Counted from the stretch's first letter, positions 35,900 to 48,886 are shown. The stretch is 64,000 nucleotides of DNA from Octopus bimaculoides (GCF_001194135.2 NC_068981.1:65187795-65251794); one strand, 5' to 3'. The notes: a model not told the origin generated them from the letters alone. Numbers and translations are program-made.

Positions 35900-36330
35900 C
35901 CCTATCGTGATAAATATATACGTAAGTAACAATTCATGAATAAAATTTTGAATAAAGATACAGTTCGAAGCATTAGTTACCTGTAATAAACAATATTTTG
36001 GTCAACACATGAGTGCTTAGTGTTCGAAAAATAGGATTGGTATTTCAACGAAAATAGTATTTGTAAAATAAAATGAAAACTATTAAAATCCGAAGGTACT
36101 GATCATTTTGTTGACTTCCAAAAGTATTGATTAATTCTAAAGTTTAACTTTTTTTTTTACATGTTTTAAAAAATAGAGAAAATTTATATTTATTTGTATA
36201 GTATGATAAACGAAAAGTCGTAATTCCATACTGAATCCTAATTTTATATAAATCCATCGTTTCTATCCAGTAAACATTAGTGGCAACCGTAGATCGCACT
36301 TTGCCGATTTCTTAGCAATAGATTTATAAA
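35900..36330 (-). promoter_or_regulatory. Probable TRUB2 promoter and 5'UTR exon region
   Basis: Local CpG retention; candidate donor ttacag|gtaact at 35981/35980 that could splice to the acceptor at 33605. Confidence 0.3.
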
Positions 36331-36393
36331 TATTTAATGGATATTTATTTAAAGTTGTACGTATTTTTCTTAAACTTATCACTTACAAATTTC

Positions 36394-36953
36394 GGCACTA
36401 TCATGCTATTAGCTGTCAGAAGTGAAAGTGCTCACTGCTAGTGAAGTATCTGTCTGTCTGTCTGCCTGTTGCTGGCCTGTCGATTCTTTGGCTACTGACA
36501 GTTAATACCATGACTGGCCGGAGCGAGCTATATGTCTGTCTGTCTGTCTCTCTCTCTATCTATTACTCGAAAGTTCGCGCGTCCGCGCTAGCTAGTCGTG
36601 AGTGGTCGATCCTATTATTTTTAAACTTCAAACTTCATTTGTTTTCTACTTTGATAAATTCTCTCTGTTGAAAATTATATTTTTATATTTTAAATAATTT
36701 GCAATTTCAGGAAATATGTTTTTATATTAAATTTGTGTTTTCTACTCACGACTAGCTAGCGCGGACGCGCGAACTTTCGAGTAATAGATAGATAGATAGA
36801 GAGACAGACAGACATATAGCTCGCTCCGGCCAGTCATGGTATTAGCTGTCAGTAGCCAAAGAATCGACAGGCCAGCAACAGGCAGACAGACAGACAGATA
36901 CTTCACTAGCAGTGAGCACTTTCACTTCTGACAGCTAATAGCATGATAGTGCC
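36394..36953. mobile_element. Young Merlin-type MITE (210-bp TIRs, 8-bp TSD)
   Basis: CAAATTTC|GGCACTATCATG...CATGATAGTGCC|CAAATTTC; arms 36394-36603 and 36744-36953 nearly identical. Confidence 0.85.
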
Positions 36954-37746
36954 CAAATTTCTAGGTTTTGAACCGTTTCCATTTAATATCAAATATATAT
37001 AACTCTTTACCAAAAGCAGTTCGGAAACGAAACCCAAATACACTGAAAGGCGGTGTCCCAGCATGGACAGTAAACAAAATGCATATTACTTTTAACTTTG
37101 TGTCTCTGTGTGTGTTATTGCAGTACTGGAGGCCCAGGAAATCCTAAAGCACGTTTCTGATGGTCCCATTGGTTGTGATATGCAGCATATCTTTGTCATC
37201 TAAACCTGACGAAGCCCATTTCTCTCCAAATGTAACTACAGCCGAGGAAAAAGAAATCTCGACTGGTTCTTTATTTATCGACCACTAAGGGATGAAAGCA
37301 AAGTTGACCTCGTTGGGATTTGGACTTCGAGCGCAGAAAATCAGAACGCATATTCATAAGATATTGTATCCGATCTGATGCTTCTAACTGTCAGTTCACG
37401 CGCACAAGGGACCGTCGCTACCAGAGATAATAGATTCATAAAAATGATCAATAATGTAATCATGGATCATAATGTGAAACTAATTTTTCAGTCCCCTGAT
37501 CTACAGTTGCCATAAAATTACCTTGAACATCTGATAGCTAGTTATATTGTGATATGGTGCTACTAAACAGATGGTATGTTAACGGAAGAGTGAGAAAAAT
37601 AAGGGGCAAGTGACATTTCATCAAAACAAATCATATAAAATCTATTGCCAACGTAAGGTGGCAGTCTTGCGTTGGACCATGTTACTACCTTTTAACCCCA
37701 GGAAATCATTTTTTCCAGCTGGTTATCGACACACAATCTGTGTCTG

Positions 37747-37928
37747 AAATAGCTAGTTTTAAATCTCTAAATGAGATCTAAGTAGTAACTATACTTCGTA
37801 GTAAAATCTATTTGTCAAGGTAGTAACATAGTCCTGCGTAGGACTGACACCTTCCGTTGGCAAATAGATTTTACTATGAAGTATAGTTACTATTTAGGTC
37901 TCATTCAGAGATTTAAAACTAGCTGTTT
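37747..37928. repeat. 72-bp inverted repeat with 38-nt structured loop
   Basis: Arms 37747-37818 and 37857-37928 differ at 6 positions; inner hairpin AGTCCT-GCGT-AGGACT. Confidence 0.9.
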
Positions 37929-38029
37929 TACTCATTAAGTCATATATATTTGGTTTGCAAGGTTTTTCATGTGAACGTATACAATAAAATTATATATATG
38001 TGTGTGTGTGTGTGTCCTCTTTCAGAGTC

Positions 38030-38260
38030 CCGGAAAGGAGATACGTGACTTTGCTAGCCAGCCATGCCTGGCAATTACAAGACGAAGAGATTCCATACTC
38101 GATCGCATGGAAAATACTCGAGAACCCAGGCAACTACATAAAGGGACGAAACGGTGCAAGTTATGCATTGCCGAACGTACAAGGATCCTTAAAGATTCGC
38201 TCGTACCAGGGACTATCCTGAACTCTAGGACGGAGATTTTAGAAAATTTCTGCTAACCTT
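38030..38260 (+). mobile_element. Penelope-like GIY-YIG endonuclease C-terminal fragment
   Basis: Frameshifted LASHAWQLQDEEIPYSIAWKILE.../KGTKRCKLCIAERTRIL matches the PLE W..L...CxLC..E pattern. Confidence 0.8.
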
Positions 38261-38456
38261 TTGGAATCCGCATAGCGACACCACAACCGGAGACCAACAG
38301 CCAAGGCCGAAGGGAGTCGTTTACCTTCGTGGTGCTTTGGTGACTGCAAGGTGGCAGCGCAGCCGATGATCGATGGACAATGGCGAAGGGAGAAATCACC
38401 TCGGGTTTTACTCTTAAAAAACGAGGTTTTTTTCCCCCACCCACATTTTAAGGAGT

Positions 38457-38529
38457 GTTTGTAGGGTTTGAAGATACGCCGTAAGGTTAAACCCTTTATG
38501 AGCGAGAAACCCAGGGTAACCCCATAAAC
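38457..38529 (+). ncRNA. Type-I hammerhead ribozyme in the Penelope 3' pLTR
   Basis: Stem I GTTTGTAGGGT/ACCCCATAAAC (10 of 11 pairs); core TTGAAGA; ~10-bp stem II; GAAAC-CCAGG-GTA. Confidence 0.75.
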
Positions 38530-40589
38530 CGGCCTACCCCACTATTATATATATATATATATATATATATCATTTGCATTTACATCTCTCTCGGAGCCTA
38601 TTAGTTATATGTGATTTATTCTTTCTGTTTCGCTTTCAAACGCCCGTCTAGTATACACTATCCGTTGTGAAAAGTTGCATGCTTATAAATTCATCTGAAA
38701 TATATTCGCTGAAGCAAATTTTCTTGATAATAACTCCTTTCTGGTAGTGTCATCAGAGACCATAAGAGTAGGATTCAGCCGTTATGTTGGTCTGGGGCCC
38801 AGGGAGTTAAGGGGGACTCAGGGATCCAAGAATAGGCACTGGAAATTTCTGGTTTGTAGGAGGACTAAAGCCCCACTACCAGCAGGTGGTGCTCAAAAGC
38901 AATCTCGTTTCGCCTTGAAAAATTTATCCCAGACTCACAAGATATAATATGATTTCTACTGATCAGATTACCTTTCATCTACCACAGATAAATCAAATAG
39001 TTTACAGTACTAAATTTTTAACTGTAAATGATTTTATGAAACACATTTGCTGCTAGCAATAGTTATATTTAGTATAAAACTGTCGGAGCTCTGAAACAGT
39101 TAACCTTCATGAAGTGATATAGGATCCAGGAGATATGGACCATTGTGCTGTATGTGAGTATATGGTAGAAGCACTTGTCATTAGGCTGTGGGCAACGACT
39201 TGATAAATAAATAGACGGTAGTAGATTGGTAAAGATTACCGTGTGGAGTGCGTCTAAAAGGGATGCATAGAGGAGACGACACTAAGAAATAAAGAACTAT
39301 GAACGAGAAAATGTTCAAAAGAGACAACTAGGATGAAATTGAATAACTTTGTTTTATAAAAAAACTTTCGTGTCTGTCTCATTGACAATTACGACTAAAA
39401 GATTGCAATGTTTGATTAGTGAATTAATTAAAGCTGTAACTAGTTTACAATCTTATTTTTATAAGTTTGTAACTGTTTATTATTTTCGACATTTTAAAAT
39501 TACCTCTCTAGAAATTTGCAATTCATCCGTACATGAAAACTTTATTTCCATTTATTTTCGCTTGTACAGCAGCAAAGTAGTTTTGGGGGAAACTTTGCAT
39601 GCGATTTGGAGTTATGAGCTTTTGAAGTGTTATGTATGTCGAGGGACAACCTGTTTAATTATCTCTAGTGTATCAGGNNNNNNNNNNAAATTTTAAAATA
39701 AATTGTTTTCAGCACTAAGCAACATTAAGCAAAATCTTCATTTTTTTTTTTTTTAACAACATAATCGTAATCTAAACCATCTAAAATGTATCACTGGAAA
39801 AAATTCCATTGAAAATTATAATACATTTCAAAGAAAGTTATGGGGAAACGTAGTTGGGTGGATGCACATTTCTGTAGTTAAACCCAATACAGAGCTCGGA
39901 AAAGAGTGAAGGAAAAGAAACGAAAATAAAGTAAGAAAAAGTTATCAATATGCAAGCAGATCAGAGTGAAACACAAAAGGACAAAAGCCATAAGGAAGAA
40001 AGGATGCATAGGCATGTCAGGAGTAGTGTTGGCAAATTTCTAGAAGCATTGAATATTTGAAGAATCTGTTTTTCTAGCAGCTAAAATAGCATTCATGTAT
40101 CTCAATATATGACTGTAGACCTCATACTTCTGACATGCTTTTACTTAACATATATAATGAACATTTTTGTCTACAGCTCTCCGGTGCAAACAAAATATAA
40201 GAGAAACTTTCATACGAGTCAAAACCTTATATTGTCAGTTACACGGGGAGTTAATTCCCTTATATGGTAGAAGTTATTTCCCTTTTATTTACAATTTAGT
40301 TTCACTGTTAGTTTGAGTGCAAAGGCACTGTGGACAGTAATTAATGCATTATATAAGTATCACATACATACATTGTTATGTATGTAAATTCAAATCTGTA
40401 AAAAATTTCTTCCCGATTTGTTTGATTTTTCGACTAAACTTTACAAAGGAGTAAAACGATTGATTTAACCAGAACTGCATCTGTAAACCAATTAACTAAA
40501 TACATTGAACACTTGTAAACAATTGTCATATTTGTACATTCTCACCTTGAAGAGAAAAATATCCCTCTTTTTCCCGCTTATCAAGTCTG

Positions 40590-41030
40590 TGGTGAAGGCA
40601 CGTGACTTAATGATTAGTATATTCGACTCACAATCGTATGGTCACGAATTTGATTCCCAGTGGAGCAAGACACTTCTATTTCCTGTTGTTCCAATCCACT
40701 CAGCTGATGAAAATGAGTAATCCTGTGTCAGACGGGCGTCTCGTCCATGTTACGGAAACCGGGAAACCGGTCCTTATGAATCCAAAGGGCTCGAAAAGGA
40801 TGTTTTATCCTTATTTATCCAGTCCACTCAGCTGACAAAAATCAGTTGTACTTATAGTTCAATGGGTCGACCGTGTCACATTCGGTGTGTCACGCTGAAT
40901 CTCAGAAAATTACGTTAAGGGTATGCGAGTCTGTGGAGTTCTCAGTCGCTTGCACGTTAATTTCACGAGCAGGCTGTCCCGTTGATTGAATCAACTGGAA
41001 CACTCATTGTCATAACCGACGAGGTGCCCA
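40590..41030 (+). mobile_element. tRNA-derived SINE family E (another copy ~62565-62840)
   Basis: Shared gtgtcacgctgaatctc...gttaatttcacgagcaggctgt...caactggaac body and tRNA-like head. Confidence 0.6.
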
Positions 41031-43940
41031 GTCTATTTATTGTTGCACATGCAAACTATACAAATATGACAGCAGTTTGCGACTGACCCATGTACCTAAT
41101 TAACTTTAATTAGTTTACGAATGTAGTTTCTGTTTAAATCTATGAATTTGTCCATAGTAAAATTTAGTATATTTATATCAGGTCGCTCATTAGTGCTTCA
41201 AGTAAAAAATAGTCAATCTGGTACGACCTGTTGCATGGTGGAGTTGACAGCGACCAGACTAGCTCCCCAACCTGGCTTGCTTGGTGAGGAAGGTAACTGG
41301 AAACAAGACTTATCAAAAGGGGTGTTGGACACGATGTAAAATCAAAGACTATCGAACAAGAACACAGGGACTTGGAAATTCTGAGTCAAAGTTCGGCATG
41401 CTGTAAAGACCACTAGGAGTGAAGCACCCTTTTGTTAAAGCATGTTTCGTGGCTACACCGGCAATATAACTGAGCAGGTGTTTTAGGTTCAGCATTCTTG
41501 GAAGGCAGCCAAGCTGGGAGAAGAATGAAGCATAAACCCTCGCTGGATGTGAATCCCTGATTGAGTCACTGAAGAGTAAACTGTGGTGGAAAATTGGATT
41601 TGAAAGGAACCTGTTCATTTTGAAGAGAGCATGAAGACACAATAGATGGATTGAATCTGAGTCACTTTCCACCTACACATGCACACACAACCTTCAACTA
41701 TGAGGATGAGAATATTCATTCATACAAAGTTTAATATAGATGTAACGGTTTGAAGTTAGTTAGTCGGAGATTACCAACTGTAACGATAAGTATTATTTAC
41801 CAATTGTAACGATAAGTATTATTTACCAATTGTACTGGTTATAAGATGAACGATGAAGATGATCAACATTTTTATAGAAATATTTATTTACCGTTACTTT
41901 ATATGTTGCCATACCACGACGGGTAGGTCAGTGTAATCGTATAACACAGTTCTTAAAAAATGCAAGGCAAAGAAAGTTAATTTTGGCCTGTATAGGTGTG
42001 TACACATTCTTGTAATAGTAAACCGAATAAAAAAGACAGGGTAAGGTTACCGAGTAAAGAGATGAGAGCTAGTGATAGTTATAGCCTCGAGGGAAGTTGT
42101 GTCTCATAGTTGGCTGGTTGTAAACTTCTCTCTCCCTTTGGTCGTGTTGTCTTTTAGGTGGCTGACTGCTTGTGACTATATCTGTAGATGTCCATTCCCT
42201 AACTTGTCACGAGTTGCTTCGCTCTGTTGTCGCCAAGTGACCACTGAACTTTTGGCTTGGGGGTCTCCTGTTTTTATAGCTATCTAGAAGGATAGTGAGT
42301 GCAAAGGATTTAGCTGGCGGTCTTGTTATCTCTATTCTAGATTTGATGGAGTAGAAGAGGTCAGAAAGGGTCAAGTGGTGGAGACACCGCTTCGGCCTAG
42401 CTAAAGGCGTCTGGGACGATCAAAACCATTGTTCCACCGCGGGAAAAGTTCTGACGCAGTATTAATTCAAATTTGGGTATAGTGGATCGAATCCACTTCA
42501 CGCCTGCAAGATTCGTATACAGATATAAAATTTTCTTAATCTTAAAGTCACTCAGCTCTGATACGAGGCTAAACAACCTTATCAATGTATATTTAGTTAA
42601 GGACGTTAAACGACGACGGCGTTGTTTAATTCTAAATTACACAGCTGTATACAACAGTCTATCATAGTGTAGAGAATTGTAAATTAGAACAAAATAAACA
42701 AAAATGCATGTTTTTATTTACATTCCCTACTGGTCAATAAAATAGTTTAGCTGTGTGTGATGTGCCATGTCAACCATGATAGGCTGTATATGTGATATGA
42801 GGCTTTGTTTTCAACAAGAAAATAATATCACAGAAAAGACGACTGGAGTACATATGATAACTCTTCAGTGAAATTGATCTGTGTTGATACATACATACCA
42901 ACCAATTATGAAATGACAGAAATTGGTCACATGAAATTGAAGATATATATGGATGTGTGTATGTGTACTAGTATACTGCGCTGTCAAAAATTACAGCACT
43001 TTAAAAGAAATACACTAAAGCTGGTGTTTAACTTATAAACTGGCATAACATACATTCCATGTATTTGATATAGACTTGTTACAACACATTGTATACAAGA
43101 AATGATGATCAAGGAATCTGAATGGAAAGAAATTCTTCACAAAATATGTTGTAATAAAATATCTACTGAAAATAAAATGAAACTGTACAAAATATGTCAT
43201 ATTAGAAGATCAACTAAAAATAGTGTGAAATTGTAAAAAAATACAGAGGAATTTCAAAATTATTTTCAATAGTGTGTGATGCTTTGCTCAATGTAGGTGT
43301 GCAATGTTTCAAATGTGTATTTTTTGTGAACATAGTTGGAATGACATATACTTGGTAATTTTTACTATATGTACAAGTTCATACTTAATTATTCAGATCT
43401 TTATTTTACTATTTTGGAGAAGAAATTGCTTCTGATCAAATTTCTTCAACCATTGCTTCTTTCTGTGTAGAACTTTAAATAATTCTTATTTCTAGTAAAA
43501 AAAATACATACGTACATACATACGTATGTATGTATGTCACTGTTCAGTTTTAGTTTAAGATTTCTTGCCAATAGAGAAAGAGCTGATTTCTAACCTAGAT
43601 CCAAGGCTCCTTCATTGGAATTTCAACATCAACAACAGGGTATTTTTGTTTGTATGTATGTATGCAGATTTGTATGTTTTGCTTTATGTATGCATTCTCA
43701 TGCATATAGTTGCATATCTAGACATACTTGTATATATTTAAATGATAAACTTCTGGAAAGTTTTGCAGGTTTCTACAGTTCCAGTGATGGATTGGATCGA
43801 TAGTCTTTGAATTAACTTTCTTGTGTATGTATGCATGTATGTACGATTCATAAGTATTTACACGTCGTCCACTGTATGAGTGATTAAGTCACAGTTATCT
43901 GCATAAAGGAGGTCATGAATAAGAGAGGAAAACTTTTGAA

Positions 43941-44900
43941 TTGGCAGCAAATCAGTACAGATTAAAAACTATGAATTGTATTTCTGCTTCTTGCAAGGCA
44001 TTTGAACTCAGCATTAGCCTGGACAAGATGGTTGTAATGTTCCAGTCTGCATCAGAGAATCCATATGTGGAGCCAGCTATTTTGGTTGAAGGAACAATAC
44101 TGAAAGTGGTAGACAAGTTTGTCTACCTGGGCAGCACACTCAGCCGTTCTTGCTCCCTGGATGATGAAATATCTTTCAGGTTGCAGAGAGCAACTGATTC
44201 CTTCTGGTCTCTTGAGTCTCATGTGTGGTCCCAGCATGGCATCACAAGGCAAACAAAAATTGCTGTGTACCGTGCATGTGTACTGACATCGCACCTCTAC
44301 ACATGTGAGACATGGCCCCTTTGCAAACGTCATGTAAAGGTCCTTGAATGCTTCCATCAGAAATGTCTGAGACACATTCTGAATGTTGGCTTGACCTTAA
44401 AAAGTCCAGACATACAGGTCTTGAAGAAAGGTGATATCTTGAGTATTGAGATGATGGTGTACAAGCACCAATTACGTTGGACTGGACACCTTATTAGAAT
44501 GAAGGATAACAGGATTTCTAAACAGATGCTATATGGGGAACTTGTTAGTGGAAAGAGACACCAGCAGAAACCAAGGCTGCAATTTAAGGACTGTGTCAAG
44601 TCCTCATTAAAGATTTGTGATATGCAGGAGACTGTCTGGGAGAGCAATGCTTGTCATCGCCACATATGGAGGAGGCAGGTTAAGGAGGGGGTCTAATAAG
44701 GTGTCCAGGAAGAATTTAAGCATGCTGCTCAAAAGCACATTGCTGGTGTAGTGAATGGGGAAAGTTTGGTTTGCAATCTTTGCAGTCATGTATGCTTGTC
44801 AAGAGCAGGGCTCATTAACCACCAACAGAGCCGCAAATGCAAAATATAAGTTAGTCCTAGATAACACAATATTCCTAAAGGTCAGCAATGGTCTTCCTCG
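43941..44900 (+). mobile_element. RTE-clade (BovB-like) LINE, RT C-terminal part
   Basis: 251-aa ORF with KVVDKFVYLGSTLS, LYTCETW, QLRWTGHLIRM...KQMLYGEL. Confidence 0.9.
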
Positions 44901-46723
44901 GTCATGAGTGGATGGCCATCATGTATCTATGTATGTATGTGAATACCCAACAAAGTTTATTATGTTACTGTGAAGTTTCTTTCCTAAAAGAAGTTTGAAT
45001 TCATAGCCCTCTTCATTTGTTTTAACACCATACTATGCTATAAAGAATTATGCAAACAATAAATGTTTTTAATTCATGTATAAGCATTAAAAAATATATT
45101 CCTGGTAATTAAGAGCTTAGTTAATAACATGTTAAAATCCAATACTTTCTTACACTGCAGTAAATCCTAGTGGGACATACCTGCATGTAAATACATAGTT
45201 GGCTAAAATATTGTTTAGAGCAACATATTTGAAACAAAAAGTAGAAAAGCCTGCATTTCACATATCATTTAAAATGTAATTGTGTTCAACAGTTGTTTCA
45301 TTAGCAATAAACACAATTATTTATCTAATTAGAATTAGAAATTGGTCAGGAGAGGAGACCATGACTTAGATGTAGTTCATGTTGAGCATAAAGATCTGGA
45401 GATTGGGATCCAGGTGTTGAGCATTCTGGTGAAAAAGGACTGGATGAAGTGTTTAGCAGAAGGTTTCAGACACTGACTGTAACAGAATGAGATGTAGTTA
45501 GCTTGTTCATATGATTAGAGGCCATTGCAGTTGCTATTAAAAGGAGTAGAGATAAGAAGCAATGTGCCTGAAATGGGTTGGCAAGTGAACCACTACCAAT
45601 GTGTGCTTCAAAGACTTCTTTTGGATAAGAGTATGCTTCTATGATGTTTGTATGTCTTCAAGTAACACTACCAAAATGTGGGTCTTACATACGTGTAGAG
45701 AGTCAGCAGCTAATTAAGACTGATGTATTTTCTGTATCTAAATAAATATTCTAGTTTTTGGAGTGTAGTTGTTGTTGCTGTCGTTTGAACATTTCCCCCT
45801 CAAGAGTTATGATCAAAGTCAACATCCAGTCTTTTATTCAGACAATGCATTATCATTTTCAGTTATAATAAAAACAATTCTACTTTCATTACCAACCTGG
45901 CTCAGACCAGCTCTGGCTCTGAGCACAAATGTCTTGTTTTCATAAGTTTTGAATTAAAATCTTCCACCAAACCTTAATCACAATTTATGTTCCTAACACT
46001 AGCTGAATGATAATGAAGTTATTTTACTAAATTCTTTGTTATATTTAAAGTAATTGAAAATAAATACCATAACAAGAAGGTTAATCTGATGGGTTACTCT
46101 ATACTTTTGTAGAGTACAAATTATTACTCTTAAACAAGAATACTTTTGACTGTGACTTCAAAGTTTTGACTAGTTAAGCCATTGTCGGACTGCAATGCAT
46201 TGCAGTTACTCTTGGTTTTATGTATCTCTTTTTGTATATCTGTGTATGTAGGTTTGAGTAGTTATATTAGAATATCTTTTATTGGGGTTTTGTTTAGAGA
46301 TAGGGAAACTTTTAGATAATTTCTAGAGTACTAGTTGAATGTAAATCTGTAAAAGTTTTCTATGCTAACATCATGAAATTGGACTTTGTACCTTTGGTTT
46401 TTTTACATTGTCAAAGCAAAGAATAAAATTCAATAAAATTAAAAACAACAAAAATACTGTCACATCCTGTGAGACACACATATACACTTGTTTACAATGT
46501 TCTACATACATGAATAAATTCTAAACAATAACATAACCCCATATTTAATCAAGAAAAATTTCTCCAAAACAGCTCATCATAATAACCAACCTAAAAACCT
46601 AATTACCACTCCACTCAAACTCACACACTTGAGGAAGACTGAATAAAGCCAAGAGTAACTTCAATGGATTGCAGTCCAAGGATGGGTTAACTGGCCAAAC
46701 CTCAAAGTTGCTGTCATATATAC

Positions 46724-46756
<33 letters not shown>

Positions 46757-47169
46757 TGCATGCATGCATGCATGAATGCATGCATGCATGCATGTATGTA
46801 TGTATGTATGTATGTATATATGTATGTATATATGTATGTATGTATATGTATGTATGTCTATGTCATCATTCAGTTTTATTTCAAGATTTCTTGCCAATAG
46901 AGAAAGAGCAATTTCTAACCTACATCCAAGTTTCCTTCTTTGGAATTTCAACATCAACAACAGGGTATTTTTGTTTGTTTGTTTGTATGTATGTATATGT
47001 GCAGATTTGTATGTTTTATTTTGTGTATGTATTTTCATGCATATAGTTGCATATCTAGACATGCTCGTATATATTTATTTAAATGATAAACTTCTGGAAA
47101 GTTTTGCAGATTTTTACAGGTCCAGTGATGGATTGGATCTGTAGACTTTAAATTAGCTTTCTCCTCTCT

Positions 47170-47690
47170 GGTTTTGAGAAGTCTAATTTCTCAGGATTGG
47201 TATTTAGGTAGTGTGTTACATATCCCAGTGCCCCAATAATTGCAGGTATAAACCTGAACTTCTAATCAGGATAGAGTAACTGTAGATTTCTCAAGAGTTC
47301 AGCATAGGTGTTCTCTTTTTCACTGATCTTCAGCTTTATGTTAACATCTGCTGGGCAGCTAATTTCCACAACTGTGCACAGTTTCTCTTCCCTATCTCAA
47401 AACGTTATAGTGGGTCTGTTGTGCTTACATTTTATTGAGGTTTTCACTGGGGCATTCTACCAGTACTCCTTTTTATTATGAGTGGTTATGGCTTCTATCA
47501 TACTGTGGGTTCTTATTTCTTTGTCCTCGAGGTTATCCTTCCAACAGATTTCTAGAGTGTCCTAGCTACAACATCATGTCTCATTGGTAGATGATACTAT
47601 GATGATATTTTAGGACAACTGCTTATGATGTGGGTGATGTCTTCGGTGTTAACTCCGCAAAGTCTGCATTGGTTGTCATATACAAAGCTT
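47170..47690 (-). mobile_element. R4/Dong-like non-LTR element: CCHC knuckle and restriction-like endonuclease fragment
   Basis: CRLCGVNTEDITHIISSC...RHDVVA...KHNRP...VEISCPAD...YAELLRNLQLLYP...IIGALGYV, with in-frame stops. Confidence 0.8.
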
Positions 47691-47938
47691 TAGTCGGCAC
47701 GGAGCTGTCGTGAAAGAGAATTGTGCAACATGCGACACAGTGGGACTGAACCCAAGGTGACATGGCTGGAAAGCAAGCTTCTCAACTACATAGCCACGCC
47801 TATAAAGGAGAGATACATTTTGGATAATATACTCCTTGATACAATATGCTTAATAAACAGATGGGATGTTTACGGCGAGAAGCCCTTTGATTTTAATATT
47901 TACTCAAGCAACACAACAACTAATAACGCTACACCTTG

Positions 47939-48420
47939 CAGAGTGTTCCAGAATTAACTGTTTCAATGAAATTGAGTAAATTTTTTAAAAAACTGACAGG
48001 ATTTTATGTTCATTACCAAAACAAATAGATTTATAAATCTTACGACAGACTTTAATTGAAAATTTTCAATATGTCTGTATCCCTGCATACTTCAAATCTC
48101 TCCTTAGCGTTGTGAAACACATTTTGAAGCATTTCAGGAGTTAGAACCTCCGCTGCTAACTGAATGTGTTCTCTAAGCTCAGGTAAAACGATTGCTCCCA
48201 TCTTGGGGATGGAGGTAAAGAAAATGATTGCTGCCAAATTGAAAAAAAGTTGTCATGGACAAATAAGAGGGGTCCAACTGGAATGAAAACAAAATTATAG
48301 ACAAAATTCAAAATTTATACACTTTTAACACATATTAAATATGATAAACATAAATAAAAGTGAGTTCTAAAAAAATGCATCCGATTTCACTCAAATCATC
48401 ATTAATTCTGGGACACCCTG
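47939..48420 (-). mobile_element. Internally deleted Tc1/mariner element
   Basis: TIRs CAGAGTGTTCCAGAATTAA / TTAATTCTGGGACACCCTG|TA; remnant LPELREHIQLAAEVLTPEMLQNVFHNAKERFEVC. Confidence 0.8.
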
Positions 48421-48886
48421 TATTTACTCATCCAACTTCCCAGGGGAGGGAACACAGGGGGGAGACTAATTAGAGGTGGCAAGCATAGCTTCTGGAAGTG
48501 GTCACATGATCAAACTTAAATGGCTGTAAGTCACAACAGCAGTTTGTTTTTTTGTATGAACATTTTGCATTATATAGTTCAGACATGGATGGCATACAAA
48601 GCAGCCATGCTGCCGGGCCATGCTGTGTTGCGCAGGATTGGAAATGTGAAACATCAGCAGGGCACTTCTAGAGAATGGTTGAGTGGGTTTGTTATGTCTT
48701 TACCCAGCCACACACACACTCACATGGCTCAGATGTGTGCAGGATGGTAACATGAAGCATAAACAGGGTGCCGACAAATATTTTAATGTTCTTCTCACTT
48801 CTTGTGCCAAATTGGATGGAAAGATTTTCATGAAATATTATACGCTACTTATAATGCATAAGTAGTGTCAATATCTTATCGTCATA

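Noticed and set aside
38620-38705. Minus-strand CAGATGA...GAAAC hammerhead-like arrangement
   Set aside because: Stem II does not start next to the core, there is no GTH triplet, and stem I is weak.
39870-40060. Purine-rich short ORFs (MQADQSETQKDK...) with splice-like signals
   Set aside because: No recognisable homology and no consistent exon chain.
46599-47144. Several overlapping 60-130 aa ORFs
   Set aside because: Translations of (TATG)n/(CATG)n microsatellite.
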